Positions 38,195 through 48,117 of a stretch of 64,000 bases of DNA are shown here, one piece after another. Position 1 is the first letter of the stretch. Every line of letters starts with the position of its first letter. The stretch comes from an uncultured Gammaproteobacteria bacterium. GTDB taxonomy: Bacteria > Patescibacteriota > Microgenomatia > CAYXHB01 > CAZYTL01. Position numbers and translations under genes: made by a program. The notes beneath the pieces are model-generated. The model was not told the DNA's origin. It was given only the letters and a program-made list of their open reading frames with translations, and searched no databases. The stretch lies in assembly GCA_964650355.1 (NCBI GenBank), contig CAZYTL010000002.1, positions 109,465 to 173,464 on the forward strand, read 5' to 3'.

Positions 38195-40024
38195 ATGAAT
38201 CATTTTGTCTTAAGCTACTCACTAATATTTCATACTCTAGTGGTTTTCTTTACTAAGCTAAAAAAAAGATTTTCTCTTCTGGGAGCAGTGGTTATTTTGG
38301 GTTTCTTTATTGGTGTATACGCTCTTAAAGTAATGGACATATCTCAAACGCTGGGATTTGTCCCTCGCATAAATCTCAATACTGCAGCTGTTAATAAATT
38401 AGAAGTCAATGCTTGTGATAATTTAGAGAAAAATCCGGATCAACCTAACACAGTGGTGCTGCGCGTTGATGACTTTCAGGCCTTCTCATGGACTCAAACA
38501 GCTATGCAAATGACAGAATCAGCTAATCAACTTGGAATGCCCGTAGTGCTGGGAGTAATCCCTATTAATTTAGACCAAGACCAGCAAGCCGCCTCTTTCT
38601 TACAAAAAAACCATTGTCAAAATGAAATCGCACTGCACGGGTGGGATCATAATGGGGCAGAGTATGAATCACTCTCCTATGACCAAGCATGGCAAAAAAC
38701 TTTGAAAGGCAAGTCACTCCTGGAACAGATCACCCAATCAACTCTAACCACCTTTGTTCCTCCGGAAAATGTAATTTCCGAAGAAGCCAGAAACGCCGTC
38801 AGTGAGCTCGGGTTCCAAGTCATCTCTACTAATCAAGGCGAAAAGTACGACACTAATGTTAGTTACTTTGACTATCAACAGCAAAAGGTTAATACCCCGG
38901 AAGAAGTCTGGTCCCAATGCGAAAAAGTTTTTCAATCGTCTGCTAACTGCGTGATCATGATTCACCCAAGTGAATTTTCTGCTCCCGACCAATCCCTGGA
39001 TCCCATTAAATTCAAAAATTATCTTGACTTAATCCAAAAAATTGCTGCTGCGAATGTCAGGGTAACTACCTTTCATGGCTTACTTCCTAAATCTCCCGTA
39101 ATTAATTCTTCAGATACGATTCCGGCTTCGACATGGATCGCGGATTGGGATTTTTCAGACACTCTTTTATATGTGGAAAAGAACCAAAATATTGACCTGG
39201 TAATGCCTTTTCTCTATGAAGTGGCAGACACAGGTGAAATTAAACCTATCAACACTAAACTGTTTGGAGCACTCCGTGATCTACCCCCCAGGGTTAAAAT
39301 TATGCCTACATTAGTCAATCACCTAGATGCCAATTTGGCACAAAAATTGCTCGAAAATGAATCTCAATGGGATCAACAAATTTCGTCCTTAGTTGACGAA
39401 TTAGTAAGACAAAATTTTATTGGCTTAGATTTGGATATTGAGGACGTCCCTCCCCAACTGCAAAGCAAATATCTTGCCTTTATCAATATGCTGAGCAAAC
39501 AACTGCACCAAAACGGATTAAAGCTATCTGTCACGGTTCCCATCAAAAACCAATCCGGCAACTGGAAAGTTGCCGATGCCTATCAGTGGGACCAGATAGC
39601 CAAAGTAGCAGATGATGTCCGGATCATGGCTTACGACGTCCACAACACTCCCGACGATCCAGGATCGATCATTCCGATTTCAGATCTCAAGCAAGGTATA
39701 GAAATCGCTCTTCAAACTATTCCCAAAGAAAAGATCGTGTTTGCTCTTCCCACCTATGTTTACGATTGGGCGGATGGTCAGCTGACCTCATACCAATTCT
39801 CTGATTTGCAAGCCATTAGGTCCCAGTACCAGATTAGTGAGGCGATTGATCCTGAAACCCAATCTGTAAAAATTCTGTACACTGACGCCAAGGGTGTAAA
39901 TCATGAGATCTGGTATGAATCAACTGAAACTTTAAAAGCTAAAATGGAGCTGATCAAACAAAGTGGCATTGAAAATATTTCGTTTTGGCGGCTAGGTAAT
40001 CATGATCCAAAATTATTAAAGTAA
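38195..40024 (+). CDS. membrane-anchored polysaccharide deacetylase (CE4/NodB-like) fused to GH18-like domain
   Basis: CE4 motifs VLRVDDF, HGWDH, IMIHP; GH18-like GLDLDIED (DxDxE) and MAYD (MxYD); N-terminal TM. Confidence 0.65.
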   Translation: MNHFVLSYSLIFHTLVVFFTKLKKRFSLLGAVVILGFFIGVYALKVMDISQTLGFVPRINLNTAAVNKLEVNACDNLEKNPDQPNTVVLRVDDFQAFSWTQTAMQMTESANQLGMPVVLGVIPINLDQDQQAASFLQKNHCQNEIALHGWDHNGAEYESLSYDQAWQKTLKGKSLLEQITQSTLTTFVPPENVISEEARNAVSELGFQVISTNQGEKYDTNVSYFDYQQQKVNTPEEVWSQCEKVFQSSANCVIMIHPSEFSAPDQSLDPIKFKNYLDLIQKIAAANVRVTTFHGLLPKSPVINSSDTIPASTWIADWDFSDTLLYVEKNQNIDLVMPFLYEVADTGEIKPINTKLFGALRDLPPRVKIMPTLVNHLDANLAQKLLENESQWDQQISSLVDELVRQNFIGLDLDIEDVPPQLQSKYLAFINMLSKQLHQNGLKLSVTVPIKNQSGNWKVADAYQWDQIAKVADDVRIMAYDVHNTPDDPGSIIPISDLKQGIEIALQTIPKEKIVFALPTYVYDWADGQLTSYQFSDLQAIRSQYQISEAIDPETQSVKILYTDAKGVNHEIWYESTETLKAKMELIKQSGIENISFWRLGNHDPKLLK

Positions 40025-40090
40025 GTCGCAAGCAGTTACCGGCTGGGTTGGCAAAAGCGTACGTTTACGGAAGGAAGAAGTGACGAAAGT

Positions 40091-42274
40091 CTAGGTAAAT
40101 GACGGTTGATCCCTTTTTACGCTCCACAAGTGGGGAAATCTCCAGAGAACAAAGGAGGCCAGATAGAAACCCAGGGCAAGTAAAAATAGGATGCGATGGC
40201 CCCAAATTAAGGAAGTATACTCTAATAATCCACCCAATACGGCTCCGATTAAATTCATTCCCAAAGCGGTGGAGGCGTCCCGAGTATTTTTAAAGAACAA
40301 AGCAAATAAAATTCCGGAGAATAATAAAGGTAAGGCAATTTGCGTGCTGCCAACGAGTAATCTGGCATTCCAGGAAAGATCCAGGAATTTGATGAGAGGG
40401 ACAAAATAATTTAACAGCACGGCAATGATTAATAAAACATAGATGATGTTTTTAGAGATGGGTGAGATTCTGAGGACGAGCAGGTTGGCGATTAAAATCA
40501 TGAGTAAGACAGCTACAATGACGGCGGAATTAGTGATCCAGGTAGTACCGATTACCACGGCCAGTTCAGTGACGCCTTTGGTTTCTAAAAGAGCAAAGGC
40601 AGCCCCTAAAAAGAAAAAGTTCCAGTTGGACACCCGGGACAAGCTTTTAAAAGACAGCAGCTGTTTAACAGCCAAAATTGTTAATCCCATGAGTAGGGTT
40701 AAGACGATGAGATAATTGTTGGGAATGCGGGGACTTTCCAGAAATAAGTGGGGCCAGTCATCAGTGGGCACGATGGCTTGGGAGGAAAACATTTTGTCTG
40801 ACAGCCAGCCACTGACATCTCCATAGCCCCAAGTGCTAGCGTTAGGTTGCGACTGAAGAAATTGAGTAAATTGATTGTCGATCATATTGGCTTCACTTTG
40901 ATTATTTAAAGTGGAATTGCTGGCAAGGAAGACGGTTCCCCAACCGTCATGATCGCCCTGATAGACCAGGGGTTGGCGGCCAAATGTCTGCCATAGCAAG
41001 CTATAGATGCGATCGGCGATCCACTTTTCATGAACGGTATAAGTGATGGCGACTACACCCTGAGGCTTAAGCAAGGATTTAACCTTGTTCATGGTTTCCA
41101 AGGTATACATATAGTTTTCCAGTCGGACACTGGACATGCTGGAAAATAACCGGTGCGAATCCAAAAATCCAAAAGTGATGACATCATATTGATTTTCAGT
41201 TCTTTCCAAAAAGGCTTTGGCATCATCAATGATCAAACTTACCCGGGGATCAGAGTAAGGTTTTTCCGGATGATTTTGGCCCAGTTTGGCAATCAGGGGA
41301 TCAATCTCCACGGCATCAACATGACGGGCTCCCATTCTTAAGGCGGCAGCCACATCATTGCCGGTGCCGGCACCCAAGACCAAGACTCTGGTAACGGGAG
41401 GATTAATCAGCTGATAAGGTAGTTCGTAAATTTTTTTCCGGCTTTGCAGCAGGGGATAAGCAAATTTTCCTGACAGGTCCAAGGTTTGCTGATGACTGTC
41501 CTGATTGACCCAAACGCCGAATCCTACTTTTTGGTTATTCAATTTAATATCCTGAGTTTGAATTTCGTAATAAGGTGACCACAGGTAGGTGCTGTTAGGA
41601 GAAAGAGTGGAGATATAAACCAGGACGATGGTGACGGTGAAAGGAATCACTACTCTTTTAAGGGCAGTAAAATCGAGATTAAACTTGGCTTGTTTGAGGT
41701 AGTAAACATATCCGGTGATAAATAAACAAAACCAGATGACGGGCGGAAAGGAAAAGGCAGATAACAATGAAAATCCTAAGACCCCTAAAATGCTGCCTAA
41801 GATATTGATGGTGTAAGCAGGAATGGGCTTTAATTTATTAAAGAGCAAGCCAATTTCATGGCCCAGGCTGATAAACAGCCAGGTGTTTAAGCCAAGAATC
41901 AAAATTAAAATTCCATAAGATATAAAGGTAAAGCTACTTTTCATGCGGGACAGACCATTCCAAACAAAATAACTTTTATCCGCCAAAGGAAGAACAAAGT
42001 CAGGAATCAGGGCAGTAAAAACCACGATAAAGGTCAAAGTGGCCAACAACAGGGGTAGATGTTTAATCAATCGGGTTTTGGATTGATGGGCCATGGCCAT
42101 GCCCAATCCCAAACCCAGAAGAGCGCTTAATAAAATCAGATTGCTGAAATAAGCTAATAATCTGATGCGTAAAGGCAGCCAGCGGATTAAGAGCAACTCG
42201 GCGAACAAGCCCAAAAAACTGATGAACAACAGATTCAGTTTGATGTGATTTTGGCGAGGAGAGTGAGAAACCAT
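40091..42274 (-). CDS. spermidine-synthase-like (aminopropyltransferase fold) polytopic membrane fusion protein
   Basis: N-terminal ~10 TM; central VLVLGAGTGNDVAAALRMGARHVDAVEIDP…IIDDAKAF…DVITFGFLDS methyltransferase/spermidine synthase motifs; more TMs at C-terminus. Confidence 0.65.
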   Translation of the reverse strand: MVSHSPRQNHIKLNLLFISFLGLFAELLLIRWLPLRIRLLAYFSNLILLSALLGLGLGMAMAHQSKTRLIKHLPLLLATLTFIVVFTALIPDFVLPLADKSYFVWNGLSRMKSSFTFISYGILILILGLNTWLFISLGHEIGLLFNKLKPIPAYTINILGSILGVLGFSLLSAFSFPPVIWFCLFITGYVYYLKQAKFNLDFTALKRVVIPFTVTIVLVYISTLSPNSTYLWSPYYEIQTQDIKLNNQKVGFGVWVNQDSHQQTLDLSGKFAYPLLQSRKKIYELPYQLINPPVTRVLVLGAGTGNDVAAALRMGARHVDAVEIDPLIAKLGQNHPEKPYSDPRVSLIIDDAKAFLERTENQYDVITFGFLDSHRLFSSMSSVRLENYMYTLETMNKVKSLLKPQGVVAITYTVHEKWIADRIYSLLWQTFGRQPLVYQGDHDGWGTVFLASNSTLNNQSEANMIDNQFTQFLQSQPNASTWGYGDVSGWLSDKMFSSQAIVPTDDWPHLFLESPRIPNNYLIVLTLLMGLTILAVKQLLSFKSLSRVSNWNFFFLGAAFALLETKGVTELAVVIGTTWITNSAVIVAVLLMILIANLLVLRISPISKNIIYVLLIIAVLLNYFVPLIKFLDLSWNARLLVGSTQIALPLLFSGILFALFFKNTRDASTALGMNLIGAVLGGLLEYTSLIWGHRILFLLALGFYLASFVLWRFPHLWSVKRDQPSFT

Positions 42275-42346
42275 ATGACTATCATGCCTGAAGAGGTCCT
42301 TAGTGGTCTAGAGAGAACCCAGAAAGTAAATGAATTAGTAGGCGAT

Positions 42347-43519
42347 TTATGATGTTATCAATCCCGCGATAATGATGATGCCCATGGCCAGCATGATGAG
42401 GCCGGCGATCAGGTGCAGAGTTTTGAGGCGTTGTTGGCGAATTTTCTCTGCTCTTTCAGGGTTGAAACCGCGGTACACAGCCAGAGAAATAATCACCATG
42501 GGGGAAACAAAGATGAGGTTATAGAGAATGAGATATAAGATCGCTTTGCTTTGCAGAGTTTTCTGGGCGAGCATGCCTAAGATGACGATGTAGGGGCCGC
42601 TGGTGCAGGGTAATAAAAATAAACTGACCAAAAAGCCAATGCCAAAAGCGCCTAAAGGGCTGGCTACTGAATGAATCAAACTTTTGAACCGAGGGCGCCA
42701 GGACAGAGGCACTTCCATTAAGAATCCTTTACCGTACCATAACCAGTCTTTGAGATTGAGCAGACCCAAGATAATGGCCAGCCAACCGACAATTTTATAG
42801 AAAGTTCCGGAAAGGCCCCCGATGCCCAAAGCATGATAGATGCCCAGCCCCATTAAGAAATAGGAAATAAAGATGGAAGCGGAAAAAGCCAAGCCCGATT
42901 TTAAGGCTTTTTTTCCACCCCCTGTGGCTAAGATGGTGGTCATGAGAATGATGAGCACGGCGAAAGCGCACGGGTTAATGGCGTCTACTACACTGGCACC
43001 AACTACCGCGGCTAAGGTCAAGTTCAATCCGGGCAGAGGTGTGGTGGGAGGGGTCTCGGAAACGGAAGGTGAAGTTTCACCAGAGCCTAAATATTGATCA
43101 GCTGCCCTTTGAAAGTTATTAATGATAGGTTGGTCGCCGATGATCACCTGATCACCAATCACCAGGGCAGGCACACCCCGGGCGTCGTCAGCAATGTCTA
43201 ATTGATCCATGAGTTGGGTGTATAAAACAGCGTTGTCACGGTTAAAATAGATTTCTTTTTTGACGATGGGGTAGCGGTCATAAAGGCCTTCCCGGGCAAA
43301 ATATTGCTCTACTTGGGCACAATGGGGGCAGCCTGAGCCGTAGAAGAAATAGATCGGGGATGGGTCCTGGGCGCGGACGATGCGGACAACACTAAATAAG
43401 AAGATAGTAAAGAGTATGATGGTGAGAAGTTTTTTAAAGCACATAGAGGTTATTTCGGAATCAAGACGGTCAACTTCTTTTGAACGCCACTGAGAGAAGA
43501 AATAATCCGGTGCTGGCAA
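42347..43519 (-). CDS. thioredoxin-like domain fused to CcdA/DsbD-type transmembrane thiol-disulfide transporter
   Basis: CxxC YGSGCPHC; DsbD-core cysteines in TM helices (AINPCAF… LLPCTSGPY). Confidence 0.65.
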   Translation of the reverse strand: MPAPDYFFSQWRSKEVDRLDSEITSMCFKKLLTIILFTIFLFSVVRIVRAQDPSPIYFFYGSGCPHCAQVEQYFAREGLYDRYPIVKKEIYFNRDNAVLYTQLMDQLDIADDARGVPALVIGDQVIIGDQPIINNFQRAADQYLGSGETSPSVSETPPTTPLPGLNLTLAAVVGASVVDAINPCAFAVLIILMTTILATGGGKKALKSGLAFSASIFISYFLMGLGIYHALGIGGLSGTFYKIVGWLAIILGLLNLKDWLWYGKGFLMEVPLSWRPRFKSLIHSVASPLGAFGIGFLVSLFLLPCTSGPYIVILGMLAQKTLQSKAILYLILYNLIFVSPMVIISLAVYRGFNPERAEKIRQQRLKTLHLIAGLIMLAMGIIIIAGLITS

Positions 43520-44237
43520 TAATCACGGCGGGTCCGGCCGGAATGGCTACCAGTTGGTAAGCGATGATGCCCAAGACAGCGGCTAGAGCTCCGGCAATGG
43601 TGCCGCCTAAAGCATATTGTTTCATATTGACGCTGAGATTTTTGCTGGTAGCAGCAGGGATGGCCACAATGGCGGCGGTGAGCAGACTACCTACAATGCG
43701 AATTCCCAGGCCGATGACTAATGCCACGGCCAAGAGGTAGGCCAAATTATATTTATCCACGTTAATGCCTTCAGACTTGGCTAAATCTTCAGAGATAGCA
43801 ATAAATACCATTTTTTTATAGATGCGGTGGGCAATGAAAAAAGCCAGTGCAGAAAATAAAACGCTAAACACAGTGGTGGTAACAGTCAATTGGGAAATGT
43901 CCCCGATTAAGGCTTGAAAGGCTTCGTTTTCCGGCAAGAAAAGAAAGGCGATAGCCACTGATGAGGAGAAGACCACGGCGGTCATAGTTTCCAGGGGCAG
44001 GCGGGTTTTTCTTTCAAAAAACCAGATCAGAAAAATACCCAGGATGAGCATGAGAAAGGCGCCCAGAGAAACATCAAAACCATAAATTAAGGCCAGGGCG
44101 ATGCCGGGAAGGGTTAAATGACCTAAAGGACCACCGACCAGAGACATGCGTTTGGAAAGCATCAGAGTACCCAAATAGCCGGCCACCGCAGCAATGGAGC
44201 CGGTCATGAGGATGGCCAATAAGAGTTTATCGATCAT
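43470..44237 (-). CDS. metal (Zn/Mn) ABC transporter permease, ZnuB-like
   Basis: ABC-3 family pattern; 255 aa, ~8 TM. Confidence 0.7.
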   Translation of the reverse strand: MIDKLLLAILMTGSIAAVAGYLGTLMLSKRMSLVGGPLGHLTLPGIALALIYGFDVSLGAFLMLILGIFLIWFFERKTRLPLETMTAVVFSSSVAIAFLFLPENEAFQALIGDISQLTVTTTVFSVLFSALAFFIAHRIYKKMVFIAISEDLAKSEGINVDKYNLAYLLAVALVIGLGIRIVGSLLTAAIVAIPAATSKNLSVNMKQYALGGTIAGALAAVLGIIAYQLVAIPAGPAVIIASTGLFLLSVAFKRS

Positions 44238-44932
44238 ATGTTTTTGTGTTTATAGAACTTAACGCCTACGCCGTAGAGTTTTCTTAAGTTCTCGGTGGTG
44301 AGGGCATGGGCGGGCGGTCCGTAGCAGAGGCCAGTTTTATTTAGGCAAAGCACGTTGTCCGCGTGCTCCCAAATGATACTGAGGTCGTGAGTGACCATGA
44401 TAATGGTTAAATGTTGTTTTTGCCAAAAATCATGCAACAAACTGTAGATGTTTTCCGTGCCCCCGATGTCAATGCCGGAGGTGGGCTCGTCAAACAGCAG
44501 GGTATCCGGCTGGTCAACCAGAGACCAAGCAATGCTGAGTCTTTGGAATTGTCCGGTTGACAGTTGCGAGACTCTTTGGGTGAAGACGTCTGAAGTAAGT
44601 CCGACCGATTTTAAGCTGTCAAGAGCTTTTGATCGAGAAACTGATTTAAGGCTGTAAAAGTCTTCGACGGTAAGAGGTAGGAGTTCTTTGCGTTGTAACA
44701 ATTCATTGGGAGGTAAATAGCTGGTGTTTTTGACTGACCAATCTACCTGGCCCTGATAGGGGACCAGGCCAAGCAGGGCTCTTAAGAGGGTGGTTTTGCC
44801 GGCTCCGTTGGGGCCCAGAATAATAAGGGTCTCCCCTTTTTTGACCTCAAAGTTCAAATTTTCCAGGATGGGGTGGTGATTTAAAGTAACGGTTAAATCT
44901 TTGACCCGGAGAGCTAACTGGTTTTTGGTCAT
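44234..44932 (-). CDS. metal ABC transporter ATP-binding protein, ZnuC-like
   Basis: Walker A GPNGAGKTT, signature LSTGQFQRL, Walker B LLFDEPTSGID. Confidence 0.8.
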   Translation of the reverse strand: MTKNQLALRVKDLTVTLNHHPILENLNFEVKKGETLIILGPNGAGKTTLLRALLGLVPYQGQVDWSVKNTSYLPPNELLQRKELLPLTVEDFYSLKSVSRSKALDSLKSVGLTSDVFTQRVSQLSTGQFQRLSIAWSLVDQPDTLLFDEPTSGIDIGGTENIYSLLHDFWQKQHLTIIMVTHDLSIIWEHADNVLCLNKTGLCYGPPAHALTTENLRKLYGVGVKFYKHKNI

Positions 44933-45207
44933 CTTGTTTCTATTCTAATGGCTTGACCATTAATGATGGCAGAGGCAGTTTTTTGATGGGCTTTGGATAA
45001 GAGTCTGGCAAATGTGGGTTGAGAGATAAGCATTTTGTCTGCTGCTTGGGTTTGATCTAAGCCATCAAGATCGTGTAATTTCAAAGCTTCTAATTCATCA
45101 GGCAACAAGACCACCTCGGCAAGGGATCTTAAAGGCACTCCCCTGGGTTTAAAGTATAAAATATGGGGATTGAATCGTAAACAGCGGGCTTTTCTTGGCC
45201 TGGGCAT
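44929..45207 (-). CDS. DUF134 family predicted DNA-binding protein
   Basis: N-terminus MPRPRKARCLRF… and C-terminal sigma-70 region-4-like HTH (LSQTQAADKMLISQPTFARLL) typical of DUF134. Confidence 0.6.
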   Translation of the reverse strand: MPRPRKARCLRFNPHILYFKPRGVPLRSLAEVVLLPDELEALKLHDLDGLDQTQAADKMLISQPTFARLLSKAHQKTASAIINGQAIRIETR

Positions 45208-45321
45208 AACTAGAAATTATGAGTGTTGCTTAACTTTACCATGTTATGGTAGCAACAGGTATAAAAAGAAATAAAGAATGGCCCCTGGCTGCCAGGAAAA
45301 CTGACAAGCCAGGGGGAGCGG

Positions 45322-45591
45322 CTACTCTGTTTGGTCAAGTTCGGCTTGCTCTTTTTTGACTTCTTCAAGTCTGTCTTCCAGGGCCTTTTGGTAGTCGGCA
45401 AGAGCAGCGCGTTGGTCTTGTTTAGTTTGGGGAAGGTCCCAGCCAAAGAATCTGGCCAATCCCCAACCTCTGCCAAAACCTCTGTGCCATCCCCGACCCC
45501 AGCCAAAGGCAAGACCACCTGCGCAAGGTCCAAGTCCGCGACCGGTCAGAGGACCCATACCCCAAGGGCCGGTTTGATCTAATGCAGGCAT
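45322..45591 (-). CDS. DUF5320 family Gly/Trp-rich small protein
   Basis: MPALDQTGPWGMGPLTGRGLGPCAGG… pattern characteristic of DUF5320, commonly adjacent to DUF134. Confidence 0.5.
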   Translation of the reverse strand: MPALDQTGPWGMGPLTGRGLGPCAGGLAFGWGRGWHRGFGRGWGLARFFGWDLPQTKQDQRAALADYQKALEDRLEEVKKEQAELDQTE

Positions 45592-45612
45592 AAATGTTCA
45601 CCTCCTTTCTGG

Positions 45613-45642
45613 TAGTATTATGAATATATATTCATAATACTA
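45613..45642. promoter_or_regulatory. perfect 30-bp palindrome tagtattatgaatatatattcataatacta, putative operator upstream of DUF5320/DUF134 genes
   Basis: Reverse complement identical to itself (checked base by base); lies 22-51 nt upstream of the DUF5320 start codon next to SD AGGAGGTGA. Confidence 0.5.
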
Positions 45643-45723
45643 TTAAGAATCAGAGGTGTCAAGGGTGCCTTGTGATTGTTTTAATTATTTAAGGTTTATT
45701 TCGACAGACAAAGGAGATAATGA

Positions 45724-46548
45724 TTAGATTTTTTGAAGTTCTTGTCTCATTTGTTCAATACTTTCAGTGTAAGTATGTTTTTTAAATCCATATTTTGCAT
45801 AGATACTTTGATCCGCTCGTGCTAATGGGATGTGGCGATGTTTGTCAACTTCCACTACTTGGACCCCGTGCTTTTCTAATAAATCTTTGGCAATTTGGTA
45901 GCGGGAGGTTTTCCCATGTTCGATGACTGGAATCATGACTTTATTAATTTTGGGATTATGGATGATGGTCGAGATGACTTCTGTGATGTGTCCTAAATAG
46001 CTCATTTCTAATTTCCAACTGGAATCTGCTACAAAGACCGATTTATTTTGGTAAGCGGTGATGAGATCGTTGTAAAAATTTTTACTTTTGGTGTTCGGAC
46101 TAAGACCAACCGTGAGAGAAAATCTTAAGATTACATAATCATTTAGTTGTCGGACAATTTCCTCAGCCGCGATTTTGGTTTTGGGGTAGACAGAGGTCGG
46201 GTTTTTGTTGAAGCAGGCAAAAGTGGAGATGTTAATTAGCCGAAGGTTGTTTTTTTTGCACAGGTCTGCGACAAACCGGGTGGCTTCTATATTTAATTGT
46301 TGTGCGTTAACAGGATCTTGTTCACACGTGTCCGTATGAGCATCTGCGGCTGAATGGATTATGAGGCCAGGATTAAATTTGTTAACTATATTCTCAACAT
46401 CTTGTTGTTGCTTGATATTGGCTTTCACTAAATCATTAAAGATCTGGTTTCGGTAATATAGTCCGGTAATATCAAATCCTTTGCTCTTTAAGTCTTGATA
46501 TATTTTGGCGCCAATATAGCCGCTAGCTTCGGTAAGTAAAATTTTCAT
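45724..46548 (-). CDS. NAD(P)-dependent reductase, RmlD (dTDP-4-dehydrorhamnose reductase)-like
   Basis: N-terminal Rossmann MKILLTEASGYIGAKI; YPKTK (YxxxK) catalytic motif; 274 aa. Confidence 0.55.
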   Translation of the reverse strand: MKILLTEASGYIGAKIYQDLKSKGFDITGLYYRNQIFNDLVKANIKQQQDVENIVNKFNPGLIIHSAADAHTDTCEQDPVNAQQLNIEATRFVADLCKKNNLRLINISTFACFNKNPTSVYPKTKIAAEEIVRQLNDYVILRFSLTVGLSPNTKSKNFYNDLITAYQNKSVFVADSSWKLEMSYLGHITEVISTIIHNPKINKVMIPVIEHGKTSRYQIAKDLLEKHGVQVVEVDKHRHIPLARADQSIYAKYGFKKHTYTESIEQMRQELQKI

Positions 46549-46650
46549 GGCCTAAGTTTAGCACTTTATCTAGAATGTGCACATGATACGGGTTTATAAA
46601 TAGGATACTTGGTTTGGACGTCCGGAATTTTATTTTGATGTTCCTGGAAA

Positions 46651-47619
46651 TTAGTGGTGCTTGAGAAGGGAATAAATCATTTTAAAGTCGGAGTGTCTTT
46701 TATCTAGCTTTTCTGGATGGGTTTCAACCGTCCACCATAACTTACCGATGACAAACAGCATGGCTACCAGTTTGATTTTTTCCATATAATTCTCCCCTAA
46801 GTCGGTAATGGTTTGATAGCCTTTGATCAAAGGCGGAAAATATTCAGGCGAGCATGTATAAAAGCGGGCCAGATCGTGGTAGATGCTGGTGGCCCGGATA
46901 TCACCAAAGTCAATGATGCCCGAATATTTATTCTCATTAACATATATGTGGTCCGCTGCGAAATCTCCGTGAGACAAACAGGCCTGGTCAATTTTTAGAA
47001 GCTGCTGGTGATGGTGCACATATTTCAGATATCGTTTAGATAAATGATGACTAAATGCTTGATTATCGACTAAATTTTTCAATATGTGCTCTATTTGGTC
47101 AAAATTTAAAGCAAACTCCTCATAACTGGAGTAGATGGCGGTTATTTCTCTAACATTTGGCTTTTTTCTATCCAGCCAACCGAAGCCCTTGACGGATATA
47201 GAATTGATGAGCGCCAGTTGCTTGCCGGCTTCGATAAATATCTCATGAGGTGGGTTTGAAGTTTGATTGGCTGGAATGCCAGGAATTTCTTCAGTGACCA
47301 TGAAAGAACGGGCAATTTCTTGGTTGAAGTCTTCAAAATATAAAACTTTGGGGGCCCGGACTCCGTTATTCCGAATAAGCTGGTGGGCAAGAGCTTCGCT
47401 GGAGATATTTTCATTTTCGTTGGCAAGTCTTAAATAATAGTTCTGATTATCATCAGTAAGACGATAGACTTCAGTTGATACTCCGCCGGCCTCAACATAT
47501 GAAACTTGGCAGTTTTTGAAATCGGGAAGTTTACTAATCAGCTGTTTTATTTTTCGGGGAGTGATTTTGGTGGCCATTAGCTGAATTGTAACAAACCAAG
47601 ACTTTGGAGATATAGCCAT
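46651..47619 (-). CDS. aminoglycoside/choline-kinase-like phosphotransferase (APH family)
   Basis: Brenner motif HGDFAADHIYVN and DFGD. Confidence 0.65.
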   Translation of the reverse strand: MAISPKSWFVTIQLMATKITPRKIKQLISKLPDFKNCQVSYVEAGGVSTEVYRLTDDNQNYYLRLANENENISSEALAHQLIRNNGVRAPKVLYFEDFNQEIARSFMVTEEIPGIPANQTSNPPHEIFIEAGKQLALINSISVKGFGWLDRKKPNVREITAIYSSYEEFALNFDQIEHILKNLVDNQAFSHHLSKRYLKYVHHHQQLLKIDQACLSHGDFAADHIYVNENKYSGIIDFGDIRATSIYHDLARFYTCSPEYFPPLIKGYQTITDLGENYMEKIKLVAMLFVIGKLWWTVETHPEKLDKRHSDFKMIYSLLKHH

Positions 47620-47635
47620 GATAGAACCGGGCTGG

Positions 47636-48067
47636 CTAATTATCCTCCGGCGAGATGAGGCCGGTGCAGCGCCAGTTGATTTCAGCCTGGCCAGTCTCGA
47701 TATTGACTACACAGGCGGGATTACACCCAGACTTGGGCTGATCAGGAGTGAAATCCAGCCACCAGGTGCCGGTAGTGGAGTTACATGAATAACTTGCAGC
47801 TAATTGGCCGTCCGAACATTGAGACTGGGCGATTTGCTGGGCGGTGGTCAAATCCATTTGAGTGCCGGAAGGCGAGGAGCATATTTGAGAAGCATTGACG
47901 GAAGGGCAAGGAGTCGAAGGTGGCGGAGATTGAGGTTGGCCGTGTTTGACCCATTGGCCTTGGTCACAGATCCAGGTGTCTTCATCACCGCCGATCAAGA
48001 ATCTGGCCACCAACACTGCGGCAATGAAGATTAATAATGCTCCAGTGATCAGGAAAATTTTCTTCAT
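47636..48067 (-). CDS. secreted Cys-rich small protein
   Basis: Signal peptide MKKIFLITGALLIFIAAVLVA; 11 Cys in 143 aa. Confidence 0.35.
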   Translation of the reverse strand: MKKIFLITGALLIFIAAVLVARFLIGGDEDTWICDQGQWVKHGQPQSPPPSTPCPSVNASQICSSPSGTQMDLTTAQQIAQSQCSDGQLAASYSCNSTTGTWWLDFTPDQPKSGCNPACVVNIETGQAEINWRCTGLISPEDN

Positions 48068-48117
48068 ATAAAGATCAGTTAATGAGGGACTGTGGCGTAT
48101 GGGCCTCGTTAAGAAAA

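Noticed and set aside
45210-45533. 107-aa ORF overlapping the DUF5320 gene
   Set aside because: Alternative frame of the Gly/Trp-rich DUF5320 coding region; the DUF5320 frame has the recognisable family signature.
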